Source: Callorhinchus milii (lineage: Eukaryota). Taken from it: a stretch of 64,000 bases of DNA. The stretch is from NCBI RefSeq assembly GCF_018977255.1, contig NW_024704742.1:89344001-89408000 (forward strand), read 5' to 3'. The notes under the pieces were generated by a model, which searched no databases, was not told where the DNA came from, and saw only the letters and a program-made list of their open reading frames with translations. Below are positions 10,685 through 22,490 of this stretch, piece after piece. Both the position numbers and the translations under genes were made by a program. Every line of letters begins with the position of its first letter. Within the stretch, counting starts at the first letter, position 1.

Positions 10685-10910
10685 TTCATGCTCTGGAATT
10701 CCATCCTGGAGTCCCTCCACCTCATCCCTTCCTTCAGCTCCTTCAAGGTCCGTCTCAAGACCAACCTCTTTGACTGCCCTTTCAGTCATCTTTACCTTCC
10801 CCACCTCCCTTAGCTCCCACCCTCAGTTTGTGTGCCAAGCCAGGATTGATATTTCCTTTAGGACATCCTCCTGATGTGAAACGTCTTGTCTAAATGCAAA
10901 TTTGTATTGT
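10685..10910 (+). mobile_element. L2 LINE 3' end
   Basis: CTCTGGAATTCCATCC...CCTTCAAGGTCCGTCTCAAGACC...GGACATCCTCCTGATGTGAAA. Confidence 0.82.
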
Positions 10911-11340
10911 ATTATACTACCCATCATCACCTTTCACTATACTTCAATATATTTTGCATCAATTTCCTTGCGCCTACCCCATACTGTGCCCTATATTTCT
11001 TTAAACATTGTCATACCAATTTCCATAAGAAAACTTATCTGTTTTTATGCAACATGCCATGGTAACCATGTGCGTGAAACTCATTTTGATTGAAAAATGT
11101 ATTGATACTTTTTTTTCTCTGACAATCAAGAGTGGAAAGAGCTTTGACGAGTATTAAAAATTTGGCTGCCCTTGGGGGTGAGTCTTACTATTTCCCCTAT
11201 CTGGGCAAAGGGATAATGTTTCACAATGATACTGTGCCCAATTGGGAGGAACTGAGAGTAGAGGAAAATAAATTAACAGGATGAGCAGTCTCACATCATC
11301 TCCTGTCAGATGGTATGAATTAGTTCTGATGTAGAGATCT

Positions 11341-11560
11341 ACAGCAACAACAACAACAATAACTTGCAATCACATAGCACCCTTCACTCTTGGTATCATC
11401 TTGGAGCGCTTAACAGTGAAGGAGTCTGAAGCCGCGCCGGGGGGAGGAAGGAGGTGACCGAAAGCACGGTCGAAGAGGAAGGTCTTCAGTTGGAATCTAA
11501 AAGAGGCGAAGAAGGGGGCATGACAGAGGGATTGAGGGAGAGAGTTTCAAAGCTTCGGGA
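11341..11560 (-). mobile_element. L2 LINE 3' end (second L2 tail type)
   Basis: (CAA)n-CTTGCA...GCACCCTTCAC...GGAGCGCT followed by the purine-rich reverse complement of the ORF2 end. Confidence 0.78.
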
Positions 11561-12139
11561 CTTCATGCCAACTACACACCCCAAGTTGAACCACTCTGCC
11601 AGTTGAAGCTGAAGAGCCCAACGGGGAAAAGCCTGGCAAAGGTCTATACAGGAATCACAGTGACAAGCTGCAACCAGCGGAAACATGAAACAAGTTCTGA
11701 TTCTCATAAATTTGACCCTCCTGGTCCTGCAAGCTGTCCACAAAAACATGTTACCCCATGTTTTTTTTACACACAGTGGATTAACCAACAACTCAAACAT
11801 GTGGAAGAATGATAATTGTATTTAGAAGTGCTTAATTGTGTTCAGTACAAGCGTTTAACTATATTTAGACATCCAGAGGATCAGTGGAGCATCATCACCT
11901 TCACGGCAGATAATGATCCGTCGCCATGTTTGGTGTGACATCTTCCATAACATGATGGAGTGACGAGGTGAAATGAATCTCTGACAGTTTGTTTGAGCTG
12001 CTCCGTAATCTCATATCGCTGTTTTGTAACACGGGGTTAACAGGACTTTGTGGGCGCCCTGTCCAGTCAGAATGTGGATAGAAGAGGCATCTCATTTTAA
12101 ATGGGGATTGAAAAAATAAATCAAGGTGCACCAAGACAG

Positions 12140-12340
12140 AAGAAGAGGGCATAGGTTTAGAGCTATAAAGGACAATTTCAAAAGAGGATAATTAACGAAT
12201 GGAACAGGTTGCCAAGAAAGGCGCTTGAGCCAGGACACTGGACTCATTTAAGAAGTGGCTTGATGCTGTGATGGGAGGACAGTAGGTGGGTGTTCAGCAA
12301 GGATGAGATCAGGTGGGCTGAAGGAGCTTCTTCATCTAAA
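12140..12340 (+). mobile_element. CR1 LINE 3' end, degraded
   Basis: AGAGGGCAT...TGGAACAGGTTGCCA...TTTAAGAAGTGGCTTGAT (RGH...WN.LP...FK..LD) and GGGCTGAAGGAGCTTCTTC. Confidence 0.7.
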
Positions 12341-12344
12341 CTAA

Positions 12345-12692
12345 ACTGTAGCTCAGTGGTTAGAGCTCTCGCCTCGCAAGCGAGAGACCTGGGTTCGACT
12401 ACGGGCAGGGCGAAATGTTGGACAAATTTCCTTATTCCACATGCATCTGTTTACTTAGCAGTAATTAGGAAGCCAGTTGTTAGTCAATTGGCGGGTGGCT
12501 TTTCCGGGGAAAATAATCCCTCAAACAAAAAAAACCAATAATTTGTTTTTTACGACTGTTTGTGGGACACTGCTTGTGCAATTGGCTGCCACGTTTCGCC
12601 GACACTTCAATTCACTTCACAGTATATTTTGTGAAGCAATTTGAGATGTCTAGAAGACGTAGAAAACTGCTATATCAAATGCAAGGATTATT
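12345..12692 (+). mobile_element. tRNA-Ala SINE, near full length, long subfamily
   Basis: CTGTAGCTCAGTGGTTAGAG...GGTTCGACT...CAAATGCAAGGATTATT. Confidence 0.92.
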
Positions 12693-12749
12693 ATATATAT
12701 ATATGTATATATATATTACCTTGTGATCTTGTGAGATGCCAACACCAAT

Positions 12750-12960
12750 TCAGGGCGAAATTTTACAGCATAACAAAGCTTTGTACTGATGTGAATGAAT
12801 GCAGCAGGGTCTAGTCCCAAATGTTTTGAATAATCTACTCATGCTTCATGAGATTATAAATCCAAAACACTATAACGTATTCCCTTTATTCTTTGCAGGC
12901 ATGCATTCTTATAGAAATTACATTTTTTTAAAAATTCATAAATTTGAAATTTTGACCCGA
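12750..12960. repeat. Imperfect ~210-bp palindrome (old MITE-like element)
   Basis: Ends GGGCGAAATTT / AAATTTTGACCC; inner pairs GAATGAATGC / GCATGCATTC and TGTTTTGAATAATCT / AGATTATAAATCCAAAACA. Confidence 0.5.
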
Positions 12961-13734
12961 GATGGGAATTTTTGCCATATGCTAATGGAATCTCCTGCCA
13001 AATGCTAAAAGCGGGATGAGAATCTGACAGATAAGCCATTAGTATTGCATGAAATAATATGCATGAGTGGAGAAGATTGCAAAATGAATGCGCTGAAGGG
13101 AACAGTGAGGTTGTTTGGAGTCAAGAATTGTCCATCAATAAAATTCCTCTTTGTAAAATGACAATACGGACAATTGGTTCATTCTTCTGCAGCCTGATGG
13201 AATAAATCTGAGATGGTCAAAAGCTTACTTGCATTGATTTGTTTGTTTTGTTTATGTATGTATTGAATTAAGTATCTCAAGCGTCTAACAGGTTAGTTGA
13301 TGCACAAACACTGTTTACAGCCAGCACCAATAGACACAAATTATAGCAATAAAAGACCAGTGAATAGAGAAGAACTTCAAGGCAGCGATCAGACCATCTC
13401 CGAATTATCATCTAGATAGGGAGACTGGGGAACTAGGAAGTATGAATCAGTTCCTGGGATTACCAGTCATGATGTAACTAATAATGAGCTATCAGATTTA
13501 GAATCTGAAAATTGAAAGTTACTATGCTAATTGTGACTTCCGCTTTGTGACTGCTATTTTTGGATTCACAAATATATTGCTAAATAAAATTGCAACTCCA
13601 AACACTGACAAAAAACAGCTTGTTGCCCTGTCTTGGCTAAGAGCAGGTATGAAAGTTAAATATCGCCTGCAGAAACTCTTTTGCCAGCGTTCAGGACCGT
13701 AATTGTTTTCCACAAATTTGTTTGCAAGTCTCGT

Positions 13735-13972
13735 TATTTGGCACTATTTGAAAATAGAAGGGAGTTTCTCCTGGTGTCCTGCCCAACAATCCTCCAGATA
13801 AAATTGTTGACTTTATGGCTGTTTGTGGGATATTGCTGTGCTCAAATTGACTGAGGCATTCACATATAAATGCACATTCATTGTACTTTACCAAAATCCT
13901 GTGAAGCGCTTTGAGATGTCATCTCTGACGTGAAAGGTGCTGAATCAAATGCAAGAATTACAATTATTATTT
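13735..13972 (+). mobile_element. Deu-domain SINE 3' half
   Basis: GGCACTATTTGAAAATAGAAGGGAGTTTCTCCTGGTGTCCTG plus the shared tail. Confidence 0.8.
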
Positions 13973-14512
13973 ATTTCAGTTTTCCATCACAACTATTGTA
14001 AACTCTCATTACAAGCTGACTTTGAGAACATTAATTATCACATTGGCAGAACTCTGCCATTCTTTACACCAGAAACAATAAAAATCTGATGGAATTGGGA
14101 GACAGGGAGCCTGGCGAGGATGGCGTGCTAAACAAGCAGAGCCAAGCCCAACACAGGAGACGTTTCCAGCTGCGGAGTTATGGTTAAACTGTAACTTAGG
14201 AGGGTGGAGCTTGGTTAGCCAGTGGGAGAGCGCTTCAGAAATCAAGTATAGAAGTGTGGCAATAAAGATAACCGCAATAACTACAACAACTTGGATTATT
14301 TAGTACCCTTCGCACCACGGGGTTATGTCTTGGAGCACTTAACTCAGATATTTCTTCCAGCCTGCTATCAGCTAATTATGGCAGTCTTCCATTGCCTTCA
14401 GGATGGGTATTTAATGAACACTGTTTTAACTAGTGGATACTGGGAACATAAATCTTATAGGAAAATCAGGCCATTTCCTAATTCAATCCAACAATACCAA
14501 AACCCAGTTAAA

Positions 14513-15212
14513 CAGCAACAACAACAAGATTGCATTTATAGAGCGCCTTTCACATCAGGAGGACGTCCCAAGGCGCTGGACAGTTGGGTCAGGACCCGAG
14601 CAGGGGGGAAATGGTCAGGGTGAGGGGAGGGAAGGGAGGGAGCGAGGAGGGGGTAGAGAGTCGAGAAGGGAGCTGAAGGTACGGTCAAAGAGAAAGGTCT
14701 TGAGACCGGCCTTGAAGGAGGAAAGGGAGGAGGCAAGGCGAAGGCACTGGGGGATGGAGTTCCAGAGCCTAGGGGCTGAGAGGCTGAAGGCACGGCCACC
14801 GATGGTAGGGCGGTTAGGGCGGGGGATGTGGAGCAGACCGGAGCCAGAGGAACGGAGGGTACAGGCAAGTAAGTAGGGGGATAGTAGGTCGGAGAGGTAG
14901 GATGGAGCAAGACCGTGAATGGCCTTGTAAGTGAGGATGAGGATCTTGAATTCGATTGAATGACCTGCAGATGGTGGAGGGAGGTGCCGGGAAGGCCGAC
15001 GAGTAGAGAATTCCCGTAGTCCAGCCTCGAGGTGACAAAGGCGTGGACCAGTGTTTCAGCAGCGTGAAGGGTGAGGTAGTGCCATAGTCTGGCGATGTTC
15101 CGGAGGTGGTGGAAGGCAGTACCAGTTGTGGCGCGGATGTGGGGAAGAAAGGACAGCTCAGGGTCGAACAGAACACCAAGGTTCCTGACTGGCTTTGAGA
15201 GGTGGAGAGTGC
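14513..15212 (-). mobile_element. L2 LINE, 5'-truncated, ORF2 C-terminal fragment
   Basis: ORF 14536..15273: VRNLGVLFDPELSF..HI...AFHHLRNIARL...AETLVHAFVTSRLDYGNSLLVGLP...LQVIQ, with an internal deletion/frameshift; (CAA)n tail on the + strand. Confidence 0.95.
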
Positions 15213-16119
15213 AGCCTTGCATCCAATTCCACATATTAAGAGCATTGGTAATTTCACTGCCCACTTGCAACATAGTGTAAATATTGCAGTCTAGGAGTCA
15301 CTATTTTATGTTTGTCGCTAGGTTTACGTGGGTGGATGTAATGTATTCAGGTGAATAATGCAAAAGGCCTTTATAAACGCACACTGTCAAAGCGCACTAT
15401 ATTTATCGGAACACGGAGCATCTCCCCTGGGTATCCAAGTTACTTCTTGTGGTACTAACGCTACTCTGGAAATTCCAATATAGGCAATAAATTACCAGCG
15501 AATGAAAAAAACACCAATGTGGCCAATGATCCAAGTAAATTACATAACGCTGCTTTCCAATCTTTTAAAATCTGACACCATCGCTACGACTTACATTTGG
15601 ACATGGTTTTATTATCACCGACGGACTTTAATAGTTTCTTTTTTATGCCTGACAGAATTTCCAATATAAAATAATCTTACTCGCGCATTATGAAGCACCA
15701 TGAAGCAATGCCTGTGATTTTCTCTAACACTGTTGTTTGTCCCAATATGTGCAACGAATCTATTTGTGTCATACTCAATCTGTGTATTGTCTGAATGAAC
15801 AATTAGCAAAGAAATTTGTAAATGTGACATTTTTGTGGATATAATAATCTATATAAATGTTGAACCTGCATAAGACATGATATGAATATGGTATTTAGGA
15901 TTTAGCTCGTAGCTCACAAAAAAAATGTGTTTCGTGCGACAGAAGGTTGCAACAACTTTAAATCTTGAACTGAGGAGGCTGAATAGGCAATATAATGATA
16001 CCATGAAATCTGCACCCAACATAGAAATGAAGGATAGACATGGAAGAGAATCCAAGATGAATACCTGTAGCGTACTGCACCTTCACTGTCTCATAATCAG
16101 CTATTGAAGTAGGACAAGA

Positions 16120-16520
16120 AAAAATCTTGCATTTTTATACTGCTTCATTGCAACATCTCAAAGTTACCACAGGAAATTATTGACAAGAGTACTGATTGTA
16201 TTTTGTAGGTAAATGTTGCAGTCATTTTAGCACAAAACAATGATGACCCACAAACAGGTATGAGGTGAGTGTTAACTTAATCTGGAAAATTATTGCATAG
16301 GACATGAGAAGAAACTCTTTTTTGTTTTCAAATAATGTCTAATGTCCACCTGAACAGGCAGATGGGACTTTGGTTTTGATGTCTCATCCAAAAGACAGCA
16401 CCTCTGACAATGCACTATAATAAAGGTGTCAACACTGATTATGAGCTCCAGTTCAGATGTAGGGCTTGGAACCATAACTTTCTAACCCTGAGGCAAGACT
16501 GCTATCAACGGAGTCAAACT
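16120..16520 (-). mobile_element. Deu-domain SINE
   Basis: TGTCCACCTGAACAGGCAGATGGGAC...GTCTCATCCAAAAGACAGCACCTCTGACAATGCAC is the reverse complement of the Deu core. Confidence 0.82.
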
Positions 16521-17193
16521 GACATATTCTTTATGAACTGGGCATGGGGTTGTAGGAGAAACAGGTTAGACGTAAAGGAACCTCCAGAGGATCATATTCA
16601 GGAGCAGGTGGTGTATCAACTGTAGATAAATTCAATGTTAGTCCCACATTTACTACAGAGTGGTTCAAAGGACTCAAGGGACTTCTGAATGGCAACATCC
16701 CAGAAGTGCAAGCAAAATGGTTCAGTACTTTTACTAGTGTGAAAAGCAGAACATCATCTTGCTTCATTCATTGTACATAGCGGAGTTTAATAATATTATT
16801 TAACATCCAGGTATTACTAGACTCCACAGCAACTTGAATACTGTGAATAGTCCAATGAACTGAGAAATATTTGGTTCCAATTGTACATACAAGGATGGGC
16901 CAGCTACCTTGGGGCCTTCAGTTGTAGGGAACGATGTTTGGTACAGTTTTAGTCATGTAAACAGCTCAGATTCATTGAAGTATTGATAACTATGGGATCT
17001 GTTCTAAAACATTGCATTTGTCACCCCAGTAAGTTTTACTTTATTTTCAATTGCATTCCCATTTCACTACTGTAAGCTGATGATGCTGTTGCTGGTCCCA
17101 GACACAGTTCATACTGGAGCACAGCAAATTGTGATTAACTGAACATTGAAAGTTCAAGCCTGAATGGCAGGTGTCTGAATGAAGATGCCTCTA

Positions 17194-17650
17194 CAACAAC
17201 AACAACAACAACAAGATTCCATTTATAAAGCACCTTTCACGTCAGGAGGACGTCCCAAGGCGCTGCACAGTTGGGTCATGACCCGAGCAGGGGGGAAATG
17301 GTCAGGGTGAGGGGAGGGAAGGGAGGGAGCGAGGAGGGGGAAATGGTCAGGGTGAGGGGAGGGGAGGGAGCGAGGAGGGGGAAGAGAGTCGAGAGGGGAG
17401 CTGAAGGCTCGGTCAAAGAGAAAGGTTTTGAGACCGGCCTTGAAGGAGGAAAGGGAGGAGGCGGCGAAGGCACTGGGGATAGAGTTCCAGAGCCTCGGGG
17501 CTGAGAGGCTGAAGGCCCGACCACCAATGGTAGGGCGATTGGGGCGGGGGATGTGGAGCAGACCGGAGCCGGAGGAACGGAGGGTATGGGCAGGTAGGTA
17601 GGGGGATAGTAGGTTGGAGAGGTAGGAGGGAGCAAGGCCGTGAATGGGGC
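17194..17650 (-). mobile_element. L2 LINE 3' end with a ~45-bp internal tandem duplication in the 3' UTR
   Basis: ORF 17223..17672: HGLAPSYLSNLL...LRSS...GGRAFSLSAPRLWNSIP...FKAGLKTFLF; GGGGGAAATGGTCAGGGTGAGGGGAGGG occurs twice. Confidence 0.95.
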
Positions 17651-17753
17651 TAAAAGTGTCTCTAAAAGACACACATGATCGAGTGTTGGTCGATTACCTT
17701 CTCATTATTTTCAAAACACTAGAAAATTATTTTCTAACTGTTTGAAGCCCCCA

Positions 17754-17983
17754 GGCCTCAAATTCCACCTATTCTTAGCGTGTAAAAGCAGGCTTATCTT
17801 AAAATATAAGATTATGCAGAACTCTGTAAAAATCTTAAATTCAAACTTAATTTGGAATACCGTTTTCCTAAAAAAAAGAGACTGGCTTACAAACAGATTC
17901 AAGAATTTTTCACAATTCCGCGCAATCTTAAGTTTTAAGGCAAGATGGTTTCACATTCTGAAACAAGGTGGAAAGTTGGTGCC
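17754..17983. repeat. ~230-bp imperfect palindromic interspersed element (MITE/hairpin-type)
   Basis: Left arm GGCCTCAAATTCCACCT...TCTTAAAATATAAGATTATGCAGAACTCTGTAAAAATCTTAAAT; right arm reverse complement GGCACCAACTTTCCACCT...CCTTAAAACTTAAGATTGCGCGGAATTGTGAAAAATTCTTGAAT. Confidence 0.75.
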
Positions 17984-17989
17984 TCTTCC

Positions 17990-18370
17990 CTTGCTCCTCC
18001 CTACCTCTGAGACATGCTAACCCCATACCGACCTGTCCATTCCCTCTGCTCAGTGGGCTCTAGCCAACTACATGTCCCTTGCCCAGCCCACCCCACCACC
18101 AAGACCTTCAGCCTTTCTGCTCCCACCTTTTGGAACTTCATCCCACAGCCCCTTCATGAAGCCCCCTCCCTCACCTTCTTCAAGCCCTCTCTCAAGATCC
18201 TCCTCTTCAACCATGCTTTTGGTCACCCTTCTACCCCTACACTCCCTGCCCTCCATCCCTCCTGATCCCAACCCCCAGCTTGGTTGCAAATCCTAGACTG
18301 TCCAGCACCTTGGGAAATCCTCCCAACATGTAAGGCACTATGCAAATGTGATTTGTTGTTGTTGTTGTTG
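17990..18370 (+). mobile_element. L2 LINE 3' end
   Basis: ORF 18014..18265: TFSLSAPTFWNFIP...FKPSLKILLF; (TTG)n tail. Confidence 0.9.
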
Positions 18371-20164
18371 TCTCAGGAATAGTCTGTGAATCCTCCAAGA
18401 AAACAGAGAGGAAAAGAAAACAGCAAATTAGCTCAAACCGTAGCAGAAGCTACAATCAAATAGCAGTAATGGATTCTGGAGGTATTGTTCCGGGGAATTG
18501 AGAACAGCAGTCTTAGTACCAACCTGTGTATCTTCATCTCCTCCACACAGTGCACAACGCCATCTATATTAATTAATTATAGCCTAAAATAATGAAGCGC
18601 TGACTCACGTTGTCCCAGAAATGCTTATCAGAACCGAGTACATCCTGTATTTGGAAAACGAAAGCAGCTTTTCGGTGATTTGGCATTGTGACTGAATTAG
18701 CTTTGCACACACATGCATTAGTCTAGAAATCTGGGATCATGTCCAATTGTCGTCAGATATGCAGTTCACTTCAAGTGGTTTCAACAGCTGGCCAGAGGAG
18801 GATCACTGCTTGGGTCAGACTAGCAATGAGAATAAGCAGAGACAAATTCCATTATCTAATCACCACAATCCTTAATCCTGCCATTCAGTGGCTACCAGAT
18901 CTTCATCCCTGAACCAGCAGACCCCAGCTGTGACAACCTCCTGTCGTCTGCCATCAGTCAGCCTTGCTGCCCTCTCCAGGGAGTTTAACAGACAGCAGCT
19001 TTCTCCTGCAGCTGTTATGTAAATGGTTAGGCTTTTCTCTTCGGATATAGTAGCCTTCAGCATTTACCTGCTGCTCTCCAAGAACCAGAAGCAATTTTTA
19101 TCTAAATATATTTTTCTGCAAAATAAAAAAAGCTATTTGTTTAACACTAAAGTCTCGAGGCTCTTTGTACGAATGCAGCAGTAAGTCAATATTTTAGCAC
19201 AGTGCTTATTCAAACAGCCCTTTTTATTATGAAAAAGATGAGATTATTCTCTACCACGTTCAGCATTCGTATCACATTTGTTGCGGCTTCAGAAAGAATT
19301 AAAGACTTTCCGTTTTCAGAGGGAAAAAAAGAAATGTTTGTGTACAAACTGAATTTATTAAGCTTTTTTTGAAATGCTGATAAGGCCAGCTATCGTACAC
19401 TCTATCAGCCCTAGTCATTTGGGAATCGCTTTTTTTTGTGATGGTGTTGGTGTAAATTAGGGGGAGCAGCTGTCCTATCACATCCGATCTTCGCAGTTCC
19501 CAGGTACTCCTCCCCTCCCCCACAGAAAAAAAAGATTCCTAGCAATAAGGCGAACTGGATTAGTGCCACAGTATAATATGCAGCATGTTGCTACTATTGC
19601 CTATCACCTCATTGCATGGTTTAGGGTAGACTGTAAATGCACTGTTCCCAAGTGCAGATCAATTTCCACTCAAGATAACGTTTGAGCCACTAAATCATTC
19701 AATAATGCAATACATTATATACTTTTTTTCAATTTATAATAATAATAATAACATTGTAGCAGCCTCAATGTCACACCAGTTATACATTTTTCATTAGCTT
19801 TCGACTTTGGTCACGTTAGGGTTTTGAGTAGTCAGTACCTGGCATGGATTGTTATGTGTGCGTATGTACATGTATTCACACATTCACATAGAGTCGAATA
19901 AATAAACCCCTTCAGGTTTCAGTAAACATAAAGGTTATTTTGACCTCTCGATCTTTTATATCCCAATAAAGCAGTACACTTCGTTTATGAGTTTTAGCTT
20001 CTCTGGCAATTTATGAGTAATCCTTCTCACATAACTATTTTGATGCAAGCTGTATTGAACAGCAGATACTGTAGTTGGTGTTCACAATATATAGTCCTTT
20101 GAGTAGGGTAACACCAATATCCAGTTGGTTATGTGTCTCGGTATAAAAGTTGACAGAAAAACTT

Positions 20165-20470
20165 ATAAATAATAATAATAAGCCTTGCATTTGACATAGT
20201 CCCTTTCACATCAAGAGGACTTCCTAAAGCACTTCTCAGGATGAACTGTAAACTGTAATGACTGTGCTTGTGCATTTTTAGGCGAACACAACATGCAATG
20301 TGCACACGGTAATGTACCTCAAAGAGCAATGAAGCGAATGATCATGATCCATTACTGTCAGAGGGATTGTTGTTCAGGACTCCCTTCTATTTTCGAATAG
20401 CGCCAGGGGAACTTTAACGTCTACCTGAGCAGGCAGATAGGACCTTGATTTAAAATCTCATCTGAATGTT
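20165..20470 (-). mobile_element. Deu-domain SINE fragment
   Basis: Tail reverse complement plus TTTAACGTCTACCTGAGCAGGCAGATAGGACC. Confidence 0.78.
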
Positions 20471-20539
20471 GGCTATGGATGGGGTGTCATTTTAACCCTC
20501 AACCTTACTAAACAATAAATTGTCTCCTTGGCTCAGCCG

Positions 20540-20643
20540 TTTTGCCCACAAAAATATATGTAGTCAATTCACTTTACAATATATTCTGTGAAGCGCTTTG
20601 AGATGTCTCGAAGACATGATAAGGCAAGGATTATTATTATTAT
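20540..20643 (+). mobile_element. SINE 3' tail
   Basis: GTCAATTCACTTTACAATATATTCTGTGAAGCGCTTTGAG...(ATT)n. Confidence 0.85.
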
Positions 20644-20689
20644 TAATGTTTTACTCCTGGTGCTAGGGGAGGATGTTTGTGCAATTCGA

Positions 20690-22490
20690 GGAAGAGACTA
20701 TCAAAAGTGAATGTGGATCCATTGCAGGCAGAGACAGGAGAAATTCTATTAGGGAATAAAGAAATGGCAGAGTCACTAAACAATTATTTTGCTTCTGTCT
20801 TCATGTTAGAGAACACTGAAAACTTATCGAAAATAGAGGGGATCCTGGAGGCTAATGTTAGTGAGGAACTTAAAGAAATGAACATCAGTAAAGCAAAAGT
20901 ACTAGAGAAATTGATAGGATTAAAAACCGATAAATTCCTTGGACCTGATGTCCTGCATCCTAGGGTTTTAAAAGAGGTGGCTGCAGAGATAGTGGATGCT
21001 TTGTTTTTAATCTTCCAAAATTCCCTGGATTCTGGAGTGGTTCCCAGTGATTGGAAGATCACAAACATAACTCAATATTTAAGAAGGGTGTGAGACAAAA
21101 AATGGGGAACTATAGACCAGTTAGTCTGACATCGGTGCTAGAGAAAATTCTAGAGTCCTTAATTAGGGACGTCATCCTGGGGTACTTAAAAAATCATAAC
21201 ATGATTTGGGAGCGTCAACATGGCTTTATGAAAGGGAAATCATGTTTAACAAATTTTACAGAGTTTTTTGAGGATGTATCTAGCAGGTTAGATAGGGGGG
21301 AACCAGTAGATGTGGTGTATTTGGATTTCCGGAAGGCATTCGACAAGGTGCCACATTTGCTTAAGATTAGAGCCCATGGAATTGAAGACAATATATTTGC
21401 ATGGATTGGAGAGTGGCTAACAGGAAGAAAACAGAGAGTGGGGATAAACAGGTCCTTCTCAGATTGGCAGGATGTGACTAGTGGAGTGCCACAAGGATCA
21501 GTGCTTGGGCCTCAATTATTTACAGTCTATATCAATGATTTAGATGAGGAAATAGAACTTAATATATCTAAACTTGCGGACGATACAAAGCTAGGTGGGA
21601 GAGTAAGCTGTGAGGATGACACACGAAGAATGCAAAGGGAAATAGACAGACTAGATGAGTGGGCAAGAAGGTGGCAGATGGAGTATAACGTGGGAAAATG
21701 TGAAGATATTCACCTAGGCAGTAAAAATAGAAAAGTGGATTATTTTCTAGAGGGGGAGAGACTAGTTCAGAGTTATTTGGGTGTCCTTGTACAACAGTCA
21801 CAAAAAGTTAGTATGCAGGTAAAGCAGGCAACTAGGAAAGCTAATCCCATGTTGGCATTCGTTGCAAAAGGGTTAGAGTATAAGAGTAGGGAAATCTTAT
21901 TGTAGTTGTATAAGGCCTTGGTGAGACCGCACCTAGAATATTGTGTGCAGTTTTGGTCTCCTTATTTAAGAAAGGACATACTAGCCTTAGAGGGGGGTGC
22001 AACGTAGATTCACTAGGTTGGTTCCTGGGATGAGGGGGTTGATCTATGAGGAGAGGTTGAGCAAACTTGGCCTATATTCTCTAGAATAGAGAAGAATTAG
22101 AGGTGATCTTATAGAAACTATAAGATTCTTAAGGGTCTTGACAGGTTAGATGCCGTGAGACTGTTTCCCCTGATTGAAAAATCTAAAACTAGGGGTCATA
22201 GTCTCAAGAATAAGTGTCAGCCTTTTTGAACTGAGTTGAGGAAACATTTCTTCACTCAGAAGGTAGTGAATTTGTGGAATTCTCTTCCCCAGAAGGCTGT
22301 GGATGCTCAGTCCTTGAACATATTCAAGACTGAGGTTGATAGATTTCTGAAGGATAGAGGGATTAGGGATATAGGGATAGGGCAGGTAACCAGAATTAGG
22401 TTAGAAGATCAGCCAGGAACTTATTAAATGGCGGGGCAGGCTCGAGGAGCTGAATCGCCTACTCTTGCTCCTACGTCTTATGCTTTTATG
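20690..22490 (+). pseudogene. CR1-clade LINE (shark HER1-like), 5'-truncated ~1.8 kb, disrupted ORF2 reverse transcriptase
   Basis: ORFs 20677..21093, 21051..21905 and 22236..22427 give GPD.LHPRVLKE, NYRPVSLTS, QHGF.KGKSCLTN, VYLDFRKAFDKVPH, SGVPQGSVLGP.LF, LADDTKL and VVNLWNSLP. Frameshift at ~21075, stop at 21903-21905, 3' UTR GCCTACTCTTGCTCCTACGTCTTATG. Confidence 0.97.

Noticed and set aside
14291..14876. Plus-strand ORFs with poly-Q or G/R/E-rich content
   Set aside because: They are antisense readings of the L2 3' end and its (CAA)n tail.
21051..21905. Functional RT gene, or a retron/group II/DGR-type system
   Set aside because: The motifs are CR1 LINE ORF2, frameshifted and truncated, in eukaryotic context.
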